Part shown: piece by piece, positions 11,880-22,524 of the stretch | Layout of the letters: each line of letters starts with the position of its first letter | Numbering within the stretch: position 1 is the stretch's first letter | DNA from: Elsinoe ampelina | Taxonomy: Eukaryota | Length of the DNA: 53,504 bases | Assembly (NCBI GenBank): GCA_010093995.1 | Contig: ML992514.1 | Span: 589,967 to 643,470, forward strand | Reading direction: 5' to 3' | The notes under the pieces: model-generated | What the model was told of the DNA's origin: nothing | The model's database searches: none | What the model saw: the letters and a program-made list of their open reading frames with translations, nothing else | Position numbers and translations under genes: made by a program

Positions 11880-12104
11880 GACATGGCGACGAGTCCTTCG
11901 GATAAGGCGCAGAGGCCATCTACAAGCAACGACAGATGTGACTCTGGGGAAAGGCGTCTCGGGTGTCACCTTGTACATTGTGTAAGATAGCCGTGCGTCT
12001 TGATCAATCATAACTTTCGGGTATCTAGCATAATGTCATTAATTCATTCCACCTCTTGCTTGCTCGCGATGGAAGCTTCATGATGCCGCATGTCTTCCCG
12101 CTTC

Positions 12105-14537
12105 TCATTCAGCCTTTTTGCAGGTGCACTTTTTCCAAGCCCGCTGGATCACGACCGCCGCCCTCATGCGCCTTGACAATGGTACCAACTTTGATGCCAG
12201 CCAAGCAAGGATACAAAGCGTCGTACTCTTCGATGGGATGGTAGTACCCGAAGTGAACAGTGTCAGGAATGACGGTGAGCAACCGAGCGATCTCATGCAG
12301 CTCACCAAAGATCTGGTAGGCGAGACACATGTGATGCTACCAGCGCTTGACCGTTGATCAAGGCTGGCCTCTGAGATACACTGGCGGTAGAAATCTGTGA
12401 TTGCAACATACGGGGCGTTGGTGGCGAAGGAAGTCGTCAAGTTGGAGATGGTAACTCCTCTGGTATTACAAACGAGTTTTGCCCATTCCGCCAAGGCTGT
12501 AGCTACTGCATCAGGGCTTGGAGAGTAGCGCAGCAGTGCTGTTGTGGTACTCCCGTTGTGCCGTGTCCACAGATGGCAAACCTCTTCTTGGAGCATGTCC
12601 AGTGGTGCAAGAGATTGCAAACCCCAACGACCGATCACTGCCCACAGCAGGGACACTGTCTTTTGTCGATGACCGTCTACAATGTCTGCTTGGTTGACTG
12701 ACGAGGCTGCCGTGTGCATCATGTTCCGACTCTGATGGACCATATCCAGCGACAAAGAGACATTGTGCATCTTCTGCATCCGAGTTGGCGAAGGATATTG
12801 CAAGTCTGGTTGGATCCTCGTGTCGGCGACAAGATCGAGCAATCGAGCCAGTCGTACGCCATCACGCATGTCCACGGCGAGATTGGTGATGTGGTAGTCA
12901 ATCTCGTTCAAAGGTGTCTGGATGTGATCCAGTGTGTAGCCAAGATATCCCAGTGTTCTAGGTACGTTGATAGATGGGCATACCAGAGCCGCAACTGCTT
13001 TGAGCACATCCGAAGAGGACTTGATGGGAGAAGTCTTACTGAAAAGACAGCCTGGGATCTGGCGACAAGTGTGACCAAGATCCAGGAGATGGATTAGACT
13101 CAGACTACGGAGCCAAGTCCTCTGCCACTGTGTCCTAGCCGGATCTGTAAAAGTGCTATCACAATCATGCTGGGCGTCCCTGAGCAACGTGATGGTAAGG
13201 AATTGTCGAAGTGCTTTTCGAAGATATCTGGAATTTTCCCGCAAGGGTATCCCGTTCGCTGGATCGGGAACACAAAGCCTCGCAGTAATAGCTTCGGAAG
13301 CAGACCGTAAACATTCCAGGTCGTATGTATCTAGCCAAAGACTAAGAAATTGACGACGTAGACCAACATCTTCGTATAGATGCGGGACCTCGGTCTGCTT
13401 GGGTAGGCAGAGGGCTGCGGACTGGACTGACAGGGAAAGTGCTTGATGCAATTCGATGATCTCGGGCTGCTGGTAGAGGTTCAAGTAGGTGGCCCGGACA
13501 TCTGCCCCATTTGTGGTAGGATTGGTATCGCAGTCGTGGTTGTCGAAGATAGTGTTAATGACTTGGGTCAGAGCAACCTCTTGATGTGCCAGCCATGTGT
13601 CCTCAAACAGTTCTGGATGCTGTAAGTCCTCTTCCAGGACAGGAAGTGTCGCAGATTGGGGCCGTTGCTGCTTGACAGATGTCCTGGGAAGTGACTGAGG
13701 CTCCGCTTGAGCTACATTTCGCGCCAACAGCGGCACTGACCGATCATATTGGCCCTTGACGTTCAAATTTCTCGGCTTGGAAGTCATGGAAGAGGATTGT
13801 TCGGGCAGGACCTGGTCGATCACGCGATTCAAAGGCCTCCCAGGCCTCCCAGGCATTCGCTCTGAAGCCTTAGCAGGCATACACTTCGTAGTCCTACTAG
13901 TCAAGTTCTCCTTGCCTGTTGTGGCACCTGCGATGTCTCCAAGTACTGCATTGGCAGCGTCGGGCTTCAAGATGGCCAGGGGAGCCCTCCGAGGTGCAAC
14001 CAATAAGGAGGATCGTCTTCCTTTCCGCGGTCTTGGCTGGTCGACAGATTTGCCTACCAGGTGATTTGGAAGAGCCGAGGCGGTTAAAGGAGGATGGCTT
14101 GCTTCCGCCACTTTGGCGAATCGAATTGTTTCGTCATTCAGAGTGTGAGTATGTGCTCCGGGATGAATGGTCATGACAGTGGTGTCCTCCTGGGGAATCC
14201 ATATGGTCCTTCGCCGGGCTTCCTTTGCTGATAGTCCAATCGAATTTGGTACATCTACGCTGTTTGTGATATGTGAGGCTGCAAATGCAGTGTCAATTGT
14301 CGAATCCTCCACGAGCAAAGCCAAGCTTGGTCTTCTCATTGGCTTTGCGAACAGTGAACCTCGATGGTAGGGTTGCGCAGTGGTAGTAGTCCCATGATGT
14401 GTAGCAGTATTGTCTTCGAAGATGTTTACGGTCGACCTCCTCCTGGCGCGCTGGGACAGCGATGATTGTCGTGGTGTTGTGTAGTTGCGGAGACTGGTCG
14501 CCAAAGGTAACACCGTGGGTGCCGCCATCACATACAT
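12105..14537 (-). CDS. ASPM/Asp-like calponin-homology + IQ calmodulin-binding protein; 5' end uncertain
   Basis: YHITNLAVDMRDGVRLARLL, KMHNVSLSL, DIVDGHRQKTVSLLW (CH domain); second CH-like segment (LAEWA...ISNLTTSFA); C-terminal IQ motif AAVVIQRAWK. Confidence 0.8.
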   Translation of the reverse strand: MYVMAAPTVLPLATSLRNYTTPRQSSLSQRARRRSTVNIFEDNTATHHGTTTTAQPYHRGSLFAKPMRRPSLALLVEDSTIDTAFAASHITNSVDVPNSIGLSAKEARRRTIWIPQEDTTVMTIHPGAHTHTLNDETIRFAKVAEASHPPLTASALPNHLVGKSVDQPRPRKGRRSSLLVAPRRAPLAILKPDAANAVLGDIAGATTGKENLTSRTTKCMPAKASERMPGRPGRPLNRVIDQVLPEQSSSMTSKPRNLNVKGQYDRSVPLLARNVAQAEPQSLPRTSVKQQRPQSATLPVLEEDLQHPELFEDTWLAHQEVALTQVINTIFDNHDCDTNPTTNGADVRATYLNLYQQPEIIELHQALSLSVQSAALCLPKQTEVPHLYEDVGLRRQFLSLWLDTYDLECLRSASEAITARLCVPDPANGIPLRENSRYLRKALRQFLTITLLRDAQHDCDSTFTDPARTQWQRTWLRSLSLIHLLDLGHTCRQIPGCLFSKTSPIKSSSDVLKAVAALVCPSINVPRTLGYLGYTLDHIQTPLNEIDYHITNLAVDMRDGVRLARLLDLVADTRIQPDLQYPSPTRMQKMHNVSLSLDMVHQSRNMMHTAASSVNQADIVDGHRQKTVSLLWAVIGRWGLQSLAPLDMLQEEVCHLWTRHNGSTTTALLRYSPSPDAVATALAEWAKLVCNTRGVTISNLTTSFATNAPYVAITDFYRQCISEASLDQRSSAGSITCVSPTRSLVSCMRSLGCSPSFLTLFTSGTTIPSKSTTLCILAWLASKLVPLSRRMRAAVVIQRAWKKCTCKKAE

Positions 14538-15254
14538 AGGGCTTCCAAAAGACGAAATTTGAAGACATATAGGAACTGCAAATCGAGAGGCTCACCACGC
14601 CCCCATCCTATAGTGGTATCGGGCGCTAAGCTTGGTGGCGAATGACTGACTCCGGCTTTGCGTCTGTGTTGTGATCTTCGCGTCGTCCGAGCAACGAATT
14701 GAAGCTGTCGCTTGCTGCATATGTCTTGCTTACTGTACCTCACCTATTGTTCTGCAAAGGATCTGCATAGTCCTGATAACCAAACGTAGTTTCGCCACCA
14801 GCAGCAATGACTCTTTCGCCGCACTCTCTGATGGCATGGCAGATTGAGGTTGTCGTGATTGCGTGGTCAGTGGGATGGGATGGCACGCCTGGGCATGGCA
14901 AAGCTCGGCGGTCATTCTTTTTCGAGCCGACCCCCAGCTACAATGCAGTCGCAACGATGCGGAAAAAAAAGAATTCGATTTCCACAGTCCTGGCGCGTCT
15001 TGAACATATGAAGCTGTGGGTTGAATGCAGAGGGGCTGGAGTGATGGTGATTTGCTCGGAGCTCTCGTGATGTCCACCTCGGTAGCAAATTGCCAAGAAG
15101 GCGCGTGCAGCCGCGTGCAAAGTGAAAGCTCCCGGGAGGAATTACAGAAATAGAAATGTGATCATCTCCTGAATACTCGTGCCCATCGAGTCCATGCCTC
15201 TTCGCGGGACACATACACTCTTTTAATCTTCCTTTCGGCTCAAATAATCTCCCA

Positions 15255-18200
15255 ATGGCTTCAAAGAACCGGGGCGGAGCTACAATTGCTTCAGTATGCA
15301 CCCCGACGAGAGCTCCGCAGACTCCCGCTGACATACAGCTAGATACCAGGAGAGTGGATTTCATATGCCCATACAGCTTTTGCATATACCGCGTTCATCG
15401 GTGCTTTGGTTGTCGGAATGTAAGAGGCTGCACACAAGGGTAGCATGAGGACATGACTGATATGCGCAGCTCGCTCCACTACCAGAAGATCGTCCAGAAT
15501 GAGCACTACGTGAGCAGCATCCCTCAGCTGCCCTAGCAGTCTTTTAACAGCCATAGGGGTACCCGGTCGAATGGTTTCCCTCCGTATCTGCCACCATCGG
15601 CGACCGCTACCCCGAGCGCGCAGTCTTTCAGCTGTTCATCGCCTTGACCTCCGGTATGGAACAAAGAGTGGGAAACAAAGAAGAGAGAGACTGACTTGAG
15701 AAGGCCCACGCTTCATCCTGGTCGGACTTTGGTACATACTCACCAAGAGATCCGGCACATCCTTACCAAAGTTCGTCGCCGGCGTCGGCATCTTCAGGAG
15801 CTTGACATGTGGTGGATGGACATACGTGACCTCCACGGACGACCATGATTGGCACGATATCTTCATGATCTCTTACCTCGTCGCGACCATTCCCTGGACC
15901 GTTGGCTGTCTTGCTCTGAGCCCAAACAATCCACGTGCCATCTATTGGCGAAAGGTCTTTGCCGGTAGCTTCTTCGCGACGATTATTCCTCTGGTATACT
16001 TCTTCATCCAGCACAAAGTCCACAAGGTGGCTGGAGCATACACAATCTACGCCTTCTTTGAGTGGACTCTGGTGTTGCTGGACGTTGCGTTTGATGCTGT
16101 CACCGTGTGGGACTTTAGTGGTCTGGAACTTGTGATCAAGGATGTCAAAGGTTCGAGCAGAGGGTATGTTCAGTGGCTCCCGAAATGATTTTGGTACGGC
16201 CTTGGTTCCGTTCGCATTTCCGAGGTCCCCGCTGACTCGATGATAGCAGCGCAGGTGTGGTTCAGGACTCGTATGCCACTACCGAGTAAGCAGTGCTAGA
16301 ATGGATTCTTGACTCCGCTAACCCATCAAAGGAAAGACAAGCCAATTGGTAATGTGCTTGGTGCTGGCTTCTCATGGGATGGTCTGCTCGACGCTGCTGC
16401 TGATGTGTACGCCGGTGTAAGTAGTGCTTGGTCCGCCAAGATGAGAAATGCTGACTGAACGACCAGTACATGTTCTGGTCTATGCTCACTTCCCTTGGCC
16501 TTTTGATCTGGTGTAAGTCAATTAAACGCGAGCTTCGATATCGACTGACACAGGCAGACTTTCCCCTCTGGCACATGGGTATCTCTGGATACGAAGCTCT
16601 TGTCATGGTGACCATCTCACCATTCTTGCTCGGTATTGGTCCAATTAAGCGACTGGTCATCTCCCAAATCCGATACGTTCACCTGCTCTCTCTACCTGGT
16701 CTGCTAGCGTATCTTCTCACAAAACCCGAGCACAAGCTTTTTGCGGTAGGCTTTGGAGTGTGGATGACTGTCCTGGCTTGGTCAGCCACCTTCAGCGCCG
16801 AAAGATCGAATCCAGGAAAGCTGGAGCTCCGCATCTTCGCTTTTGCATCCGGCTTGATCGCTTCCAGTATTGCCAAATTTGCTTATAGGTCCAACAATCC
16901 AGCCTGGCCGGTCGTTCCGGCCGAGATCGGAGGTGCTCACAAGACTGCGATCCTGCTTGCCATCCTCTCATACCTCAGAATCTCGCGCCAGCCTCTTGGT
17001 GTGACCATTTCTTCGGAGAACACCGCCAGAAGTGCTGGTTCGTCCTTACTTTCTGGTCTCGGTTTAGCAGGTCTCTTCTTTGCACTCCACTCTTTGCTCT
17101 CGGACTCGAGCACCATGATCTTGTGGGTCTGGGACGGCTATCCAGTTCGAGGTCCTCTACCAGTCCCTCATGGCGCTGTCACCATCTTCTTCATGGGTCT
17201 GGGTCTGCTCATCGGCTTGTACTACCCGACGTTGATGCGGAGCTGGACGGCTTTCGGCATCGGGTCTGTTGGTGCGGCCATTCTCACTGGCTTTCCTCAT
17301 TGGTTCGGGTATTATGGCGCGCTTGCCTTTACCACGTACATCGTGGCCATTGCCCCTGGTCTGTTGTCGACCGCCGCGAAACAAAGCCCGGGTCGTACAT
17401 TCTTCACTGGCTTCTTTGTCTACAATCTTCTTGTCCTTGCTCATGTCTGGACCGTAGCGTACGCCTTTGTACCAGGTGGCTTCTTGCTCCGAGAAAGGAC
17501 GAGTCATGTAATGGCTGCTATGATGATCCTCGTCGGCTGCGGCGTCTTCAATGCCCAGGCTGTCAACGCAAGTGCCAAAAGCAAGTCGTCCGCGTCCGCA
17601 ACCAGCCCCTTCTTCCGCAAGCAGAGGTCATACTACATCTGGATCCTCTTCGCCCTCCAGCTGGTGTCAGCATCAGTCGCCTTTCTCAGGTTCCCCGCAT
17701 ACGACTTCAAACCCTACCATGCTAACGAGAAATCGATCACCGCTGGTATTTGGACGATCCATTTTGCTCTCGACAATGAGATGTGGACGTCCGAAAAGCG
17801 CATGGCAGATTTGATCCGTGAGATGGAGCTTGATGTTGTCGGCTTGCTGGAAAGTGACCTCCAGCGCATCATCATGGGTAATCGAGACTCGACCCAGTAC
17901 ATTGCTGAAGAGCTTGGTATGTGGGTCGATCAAGGTCCCGGTCCCAACAAGCATACTTGGGGATGCGCTCTCTTGTCCAAATTCCCAATTGTCAACAGCA
18001 CGCACCATCTCTTGCCATCTCCGGTCGGAGAGCTCGCCCCTGCCATTCACGCCACCATCGATGCTTATGGAGAATTGGTCGATGTCTTCGTCTTCCACTC
18101 TGGCCAGGAAGAAGATCCTGAAGATCGAAGGCTGCAATCCGAGTATCTTGCCGAGCTCATGGGTAGCACCACCAGGCCGAGTATCCTACTCAGCTATCTC

Positions 18201-18580
18201 GTCACCAAGACTGGACAAGGCAACTACAATACATATGTGAGCGAGAAGAGTGGCATGCGTGATATTGACCCAAGCGACGACTGGGATAGATGGTGTGAGT
18301 ACATCCTGTACAAGGGCTTCAAGCGATCGGGTTACGCGCGTGTGAGTCGAGGGACAATTACGGATACCGAGTTGCAGGTAAGTCAATGTCCTTTGTCCTT
18401 CTCTTTCATACTGACAATGTCGAGGTTGGAAAGTTCGTTGTTGGCCAGCCAGAGGGCGGCAATGAGCAGATTCCCGAGTCGCAAGTGCCTGAAGGCCTTC
18501 GTTTCCCTGCTCTTTTCAAGGGCGAAGGTGTTCGTGGTCATAGATACCATGTCTTCGACGAGCCCAGATACTACGCATAG
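15255..18580 (+). CDS. CWH43: CWH43 / PGAP2-interacting GPI lipid remodelling protein, about 9 introns
   Basis: Frag1-like N-terminus ([42 protein letters not shown]), [12 protein letters not shown], and C-terminal phosphatase-like domain ([43 protein letters not shown]); ends [11 protein letters not shown]. Confidence 0.93.
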
Positions 18581-19145
18581 TCAGATCGAGCCTGTACAAT
18601 ATCAATCAAGTCTCATAGGTAATGCACGGTCCACCTTCATGGCATGCGTCGCAGCAGCACAGCGCCGCCCGAAGATATATCTTGGCGTCCCGACGCGTCT
18701 AATATTTCCCTCCCCTTAGCCGCGTTGTCCTCCAAACCTGCCTGAAAGAAAACCTTTGACGCAGTCCTTTCACAAAGACCCGAGACTAGCGAGTCGCATT
18801 TTCAACAATCACCTTGTCTCAAATTCTTCAATCTCTTTCTATATCACCAACCACAACTCACCAACCTCATTTCGACCAATTTCTCACCTCTTCATTTCAC
18901 CATTCCTTTGTCATTGCTCCCCGAGCTCGTCCTCGATCTCGCGCTCTCAAGCATCACCGTCGTCGACCCAAGATAGCCTTTCTCGCGCCACGTAAGCACT
19001 TCGTGAGTCCGTGTGAGTTCGAAGACTGACGATTCACAGCCCTTCCTCGTCTAGCTCAGCGCTAGCGCATAACCTGGCTGAAGCCCTTGAGCATCCTGTC
19101 GACATCTCCCCGGCGAAGAGCTTGACCTTGACGGTCGCCGTCGCC

Positions 19146-20645
19146 ATGTCCACTTCTTACAGCCCGGACGAGAGGTTGGAGATCGCCTACATTCACTCCG
19201 GTCCGGGTAAGCTCAAGGCGACCGTCCTTCCTGGCTTCTCCGTGGCGAACTCCCGCATGACGGAGGGCAAGCACGCATGGCGCCCTGCGATGTACGCACA
19301 CCGTGGCAACATGCAGCGCCGTCCGTCTGCAAAGGATTGGGCCGATCACCTATGCAGTGTTCGCGACTCAATCAAGGACCAGCGTGTGTACGTGGTCATG
19401 GAGGATGGGTCTGGCCATGAGGGATGGATTCCATGGGCCGACGTCCCCAGCATGTTCCGACGCTCCGCCGCGGCCACCAAGCAGCGCATGGTGAGGACCT
19501 GGTGCGCCATCAATGGCCTCTTGTCTGGCCCATCAGACCCCTCCGACGACCCCAACCCCGCCCTCCCCACCGCCAACGCTGGCTCCGCTGGGGGTGTCAC
19601 CGCTCCTGTTGATCAGGGAGGTATGAACCTCCGCTCACGCCACGTTGGTCAGGTCACCCCGTCTCGCAACACGCAGGCTATCCTCCTTCCCGAATCCTCT
19701 TACGACGGCGGGTGCAACGAACCGCTCTTTCCAGGGGCCAAGCACGAGGGCAAGTCCTCCCACTGTGTAGGGGGCTATGTCTTTCAACACGCTGGGGACT
19801 ACTTCCAGCACTGCCATTCGACCAACGACTCGACCTCGTCCCCTTGCCAGCAGCAGAACTGCAGCTCTGGCTACCTCTCGACCTACCGTGTGTGCGAGGG
19901 ATGTGCCTCCAACGTGTGGTTTAAGGGATACACTGGTGAGGAGCGTGCGCACATCTCCAAGTCGTTGGAATTGAAGCATCCTGTGGACTGCACTCCCGTC
20001 TGCGACGAGCATGCCGCCAAGATTCGCGACAACGTCAAGTACGAGTGCAACGGCTTCCATGCCTGCATCTGCACCTACTGGTCTGGTAAGGCGGGTATCG
20101 TCAAGCCGGCCGCCATGCGCATCCGCGAGATCCGTGAGCCGGTCAGCAAGCTCCACAATGGCGTTCACCCTGTCTTGTGCGACTACCCCACCTGGACTTA
20201 CTGCGCTCGCGAGAACTGCGAGCAGATTGTGTTCTTCCTTGAGAAGATGTTCCGCTGCGGACAGTGCTTCGGCTTTATCGACCAGGCTCCTGAGCTCGCC
20301 GACTCTCTGTCGCAGGACGATTATGACGACATTCCTGACGGTCTCGACGATGGCTTCTACCCAGCTGTCCTTCCTCACTTCCCTGCTGCCACTGCCGGTG
20401 CTCCCGAGGAAGAGTTCAACTATGACAACCTCTTCGGTCCTGGAGCGACCAATGTCTTCAACGATGCTGGTGAAGTCAACCTCAACACCGGCATCAGCCA
20501 GGACGAGTTCTTCAACATCAACGCTCCTGCTACCTCTCCCACTGCCGGACTCGGCGATGATGGGATGGACATTGACGACGAGGAAGAGGTTGACGCCGAC
20601 GGTGAGGCTGACGGTGAGGCTGCTCAAGGTGCATTCAGGTACTAG
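19146..20645 (+). CDS. Hypothetical Cys/His-rich protein with acidic C-terminus
   Basis: About 500-codon open frame with strong C-ending codon bias, many CxxC/CxxH pairs and a D/E-rich tail; no family recognised. Confidence 0.7.
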   Translation: MSTSYSPDERLEIAYIHSGPGKLKATVLPGFSVANSRMTEGKHAWRPAMYAHRGNMQRRPSAKDWADHLCSVRDSIKDQRVYVVMEDGSGHEGWIPWADVPSMFRRSAAATKQRMVRTWCAINGLLSGPSDPSDDPNPALPTANAGSAGGVTAPVDQGGMNLRSRHVGQVTPSRNTQAILLPESSYDGGCNEPLFPGAKHEGKSSHCVGGYVFQHAGDYFQHCHSTNDSTSSPCQQQNCSSGYLSTYRVCEGCASNVWFKGYTGEERAHISKSLELKHPVDCTPVCDEHAAKIRDNVKYECNGFHACICTYWSGKAGIVKPAAMRIREIREPVSKLHNGVHPVLCDYPTWTYCARENCEQIVFFLEKMFRCGQCFGFIDQAPELADSLSQDDYDDIPDGLDDGFYPAVLPHFPAATAGAPEEEFNYDNLFGPGATNVFNDAGEVNLNTGISQDEFFNINAPATSPTAGLGDDGMDIDDEEEVDADGEADGEAAQGAFRY

Positions 20646-21484
20646 ACGATAAGCTTCAGACTCGAGATTCACACCACATCGACACTCCACAACTGCTTTC
20701 ACTGAGCGTTCTAGCGAGCGATCATAGCGCTTTTTCTTCCAGCATATATTAGCGAGCGTTTTCTTTCAGCATCGGCTCTCCCAGATGGAGCTTCTCAACA
20801 CCAGCTTCTCAAGATGAAGCTTCTCGGGTTCAGCTCTTCAAGATGGAGCTTTTCACACACGTACAGCATGGCGATGCAAGGCATCAGCGAAGGAATTATG
20901 GTCAAAGCTGCCCAATACCCATGCATGGCAGCGAGGAACTTTTCATGATTGGGGCATGATTGGATGTATATTACGACAAAGCTTTCACAGCTCAGCTTCC
21001 GAGAGGATAGCTTCATGGCGAACTCAGCCTAGCAGTACACCTGCTTTTCCCTTTTTAATATAGCTCTACAGAATCAAGGAGCTTTTCGGTCATACTTGTG
21101 TTGTCTTGAATGATGTGATCTTGGTGTGTAATGTCCTAGCCATGCTGATCCAGACGCTAGTGATGGATTGGCTAGTCTCACAAAGAAGACTTTCCCGCGA
21201 GGCTTTGTCCTCAGTCATTATCATGAGATCTCAAGGATCAAGCCGGGGCCATTGGTGAGCGCTTTGTTCCGAAGTGCGAGGACCTGAACGACTGGCATTG
21301 TCCTTGAGAAGCCCTTTGTACGCCAAAGACCCATTACTAGCCATCATAACTCGCTCTTCTCCTGCCTGACACTCACCATCTACAACATCCCTAACCACAC
21401 CACAGCTCACAACAACCACATAGATCCCAATTTGCATCACTGACCATCCAACCACCAACCCAGTCAACCAAACCCAACATCACC

Positions 21485-22012
21485 ATGTCCCCCACAGACT
21501 CCACCAACCCCAACAACTCCACCCCTCTCCCCCTCCGCCTCCACCCCTCCCTCCCCCCCCTCCTCTCCCCTCTCTCCCCCCTCTCCCCTGCCCCCCTCTC
21601 CCCCGAATTCATCCTCCCCCTAGGCCACCCCACCAACCCCATCATCATCCCCTACCACACCCTCGCCCCGGTCGACGTCCAGATCTACCCTCTCCCTGAC
21701 CCCGCCCCCGGCACGATCCTCAGCTTGATGGAAGTCGTGGACGAGCAGGTCGTCAACGGGCAGAGGTATTTCTGGTGCTTCGGGTTTGAGTATGCGCCTA
21801 GTGTGGAGGAGGTAGTGGTGGAGGCAGAGGGGGAGAAGGGGGAGAGGGAGGGAGAGGGGCACGGGTGGATGGGGAGTTTGTGGGTTTTTGGGAGGGAGTT
21901 GCCGGAGGTGCCGGAGGGGAGGGAGGATAGGGTTTTTGGCGGGTGGGTGCCGGAGGGGTGGGTGCCGGAGGTGGCGAGGGGGGAGTGGGAGGGGAAGAAG
22001 AGGGGACAGTGA
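21485..22012 (+). CDS. Small hypothetical protein (175 aa)
   Basis: ATG-initiated ORF with a Pro/Leu-rich N-half and Glu/Gly/Trp-rich C-half; part of its openness may be due to base composition. Confidence 0.45.
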   Translation: MSPTDSTNPNNSTPLPLRLHPSLPPLLSPLSPLSPAPLSPEFILPLGHPTNPIIIPYHTLAPVDVQIYPLPDPAPGTILSLMEVVDEQVVNGQRYFWCFGFEYAPSVEEVVVEAEGEKGEREGEGHGWMGSLWVFGRELPEVPEGREDRVFGGWVPEGWVPEVARGEWEGKKRGQ

Positions 22013-22524
22013 GGGTGGGAAGAAGGGTAAGGGGTTGAGGGAAGGATGGATGAAATGGACCGGACTTGGGATGCAGCTGGTCTGCTTTGGAGGTGGAGAT
22101 GGCTACTATCGTCTTTGTAGAAGTGTCGTTGATGGGAAACGCCGAAGTAGGTGTCAATTTTGGAATGCGTCGCAACGAGCATGCGTGTGGCCTAGTGATT
22201 TATTCTAGATTGTCAAAGTGGAGGAGTTCAGGTTGGCTTTCAGACGAGATGTACCGGTAGTCAGCGCGGGACTGGTATGAAGACGATTCGGTTGTTTTTC
22301 TCGATGCTGTATCGCAATCATTATACCGGATCGTTCCAGGTGATATATTTGACCAAAACTATGCACATTGGTATGTTGTGAAGAGAAATTATCGTTCAGA
22401 GCCAGGGAAGGAGGTGAGGTGATGTTGCTGACCAATCACATCGTGCCTGAAAGTCAGGTTCCTCTGTGCGTGTTCGAAGCCTCCCAATCAGCGGTCATTC
22501 GCATCACCGATTCTTCTACGCTTG

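Noticed and set aside
10989..12011. Long antisense or alternate-frame ORFs over skewed genes (10989-12011, 19635-20702, 32071-33237, 45418-46116 and similar)
   Set aside because: Low-complexity Pro/His/Arg shadows caused by GC-rich codon bias and skew in the real genes; no family motifs.
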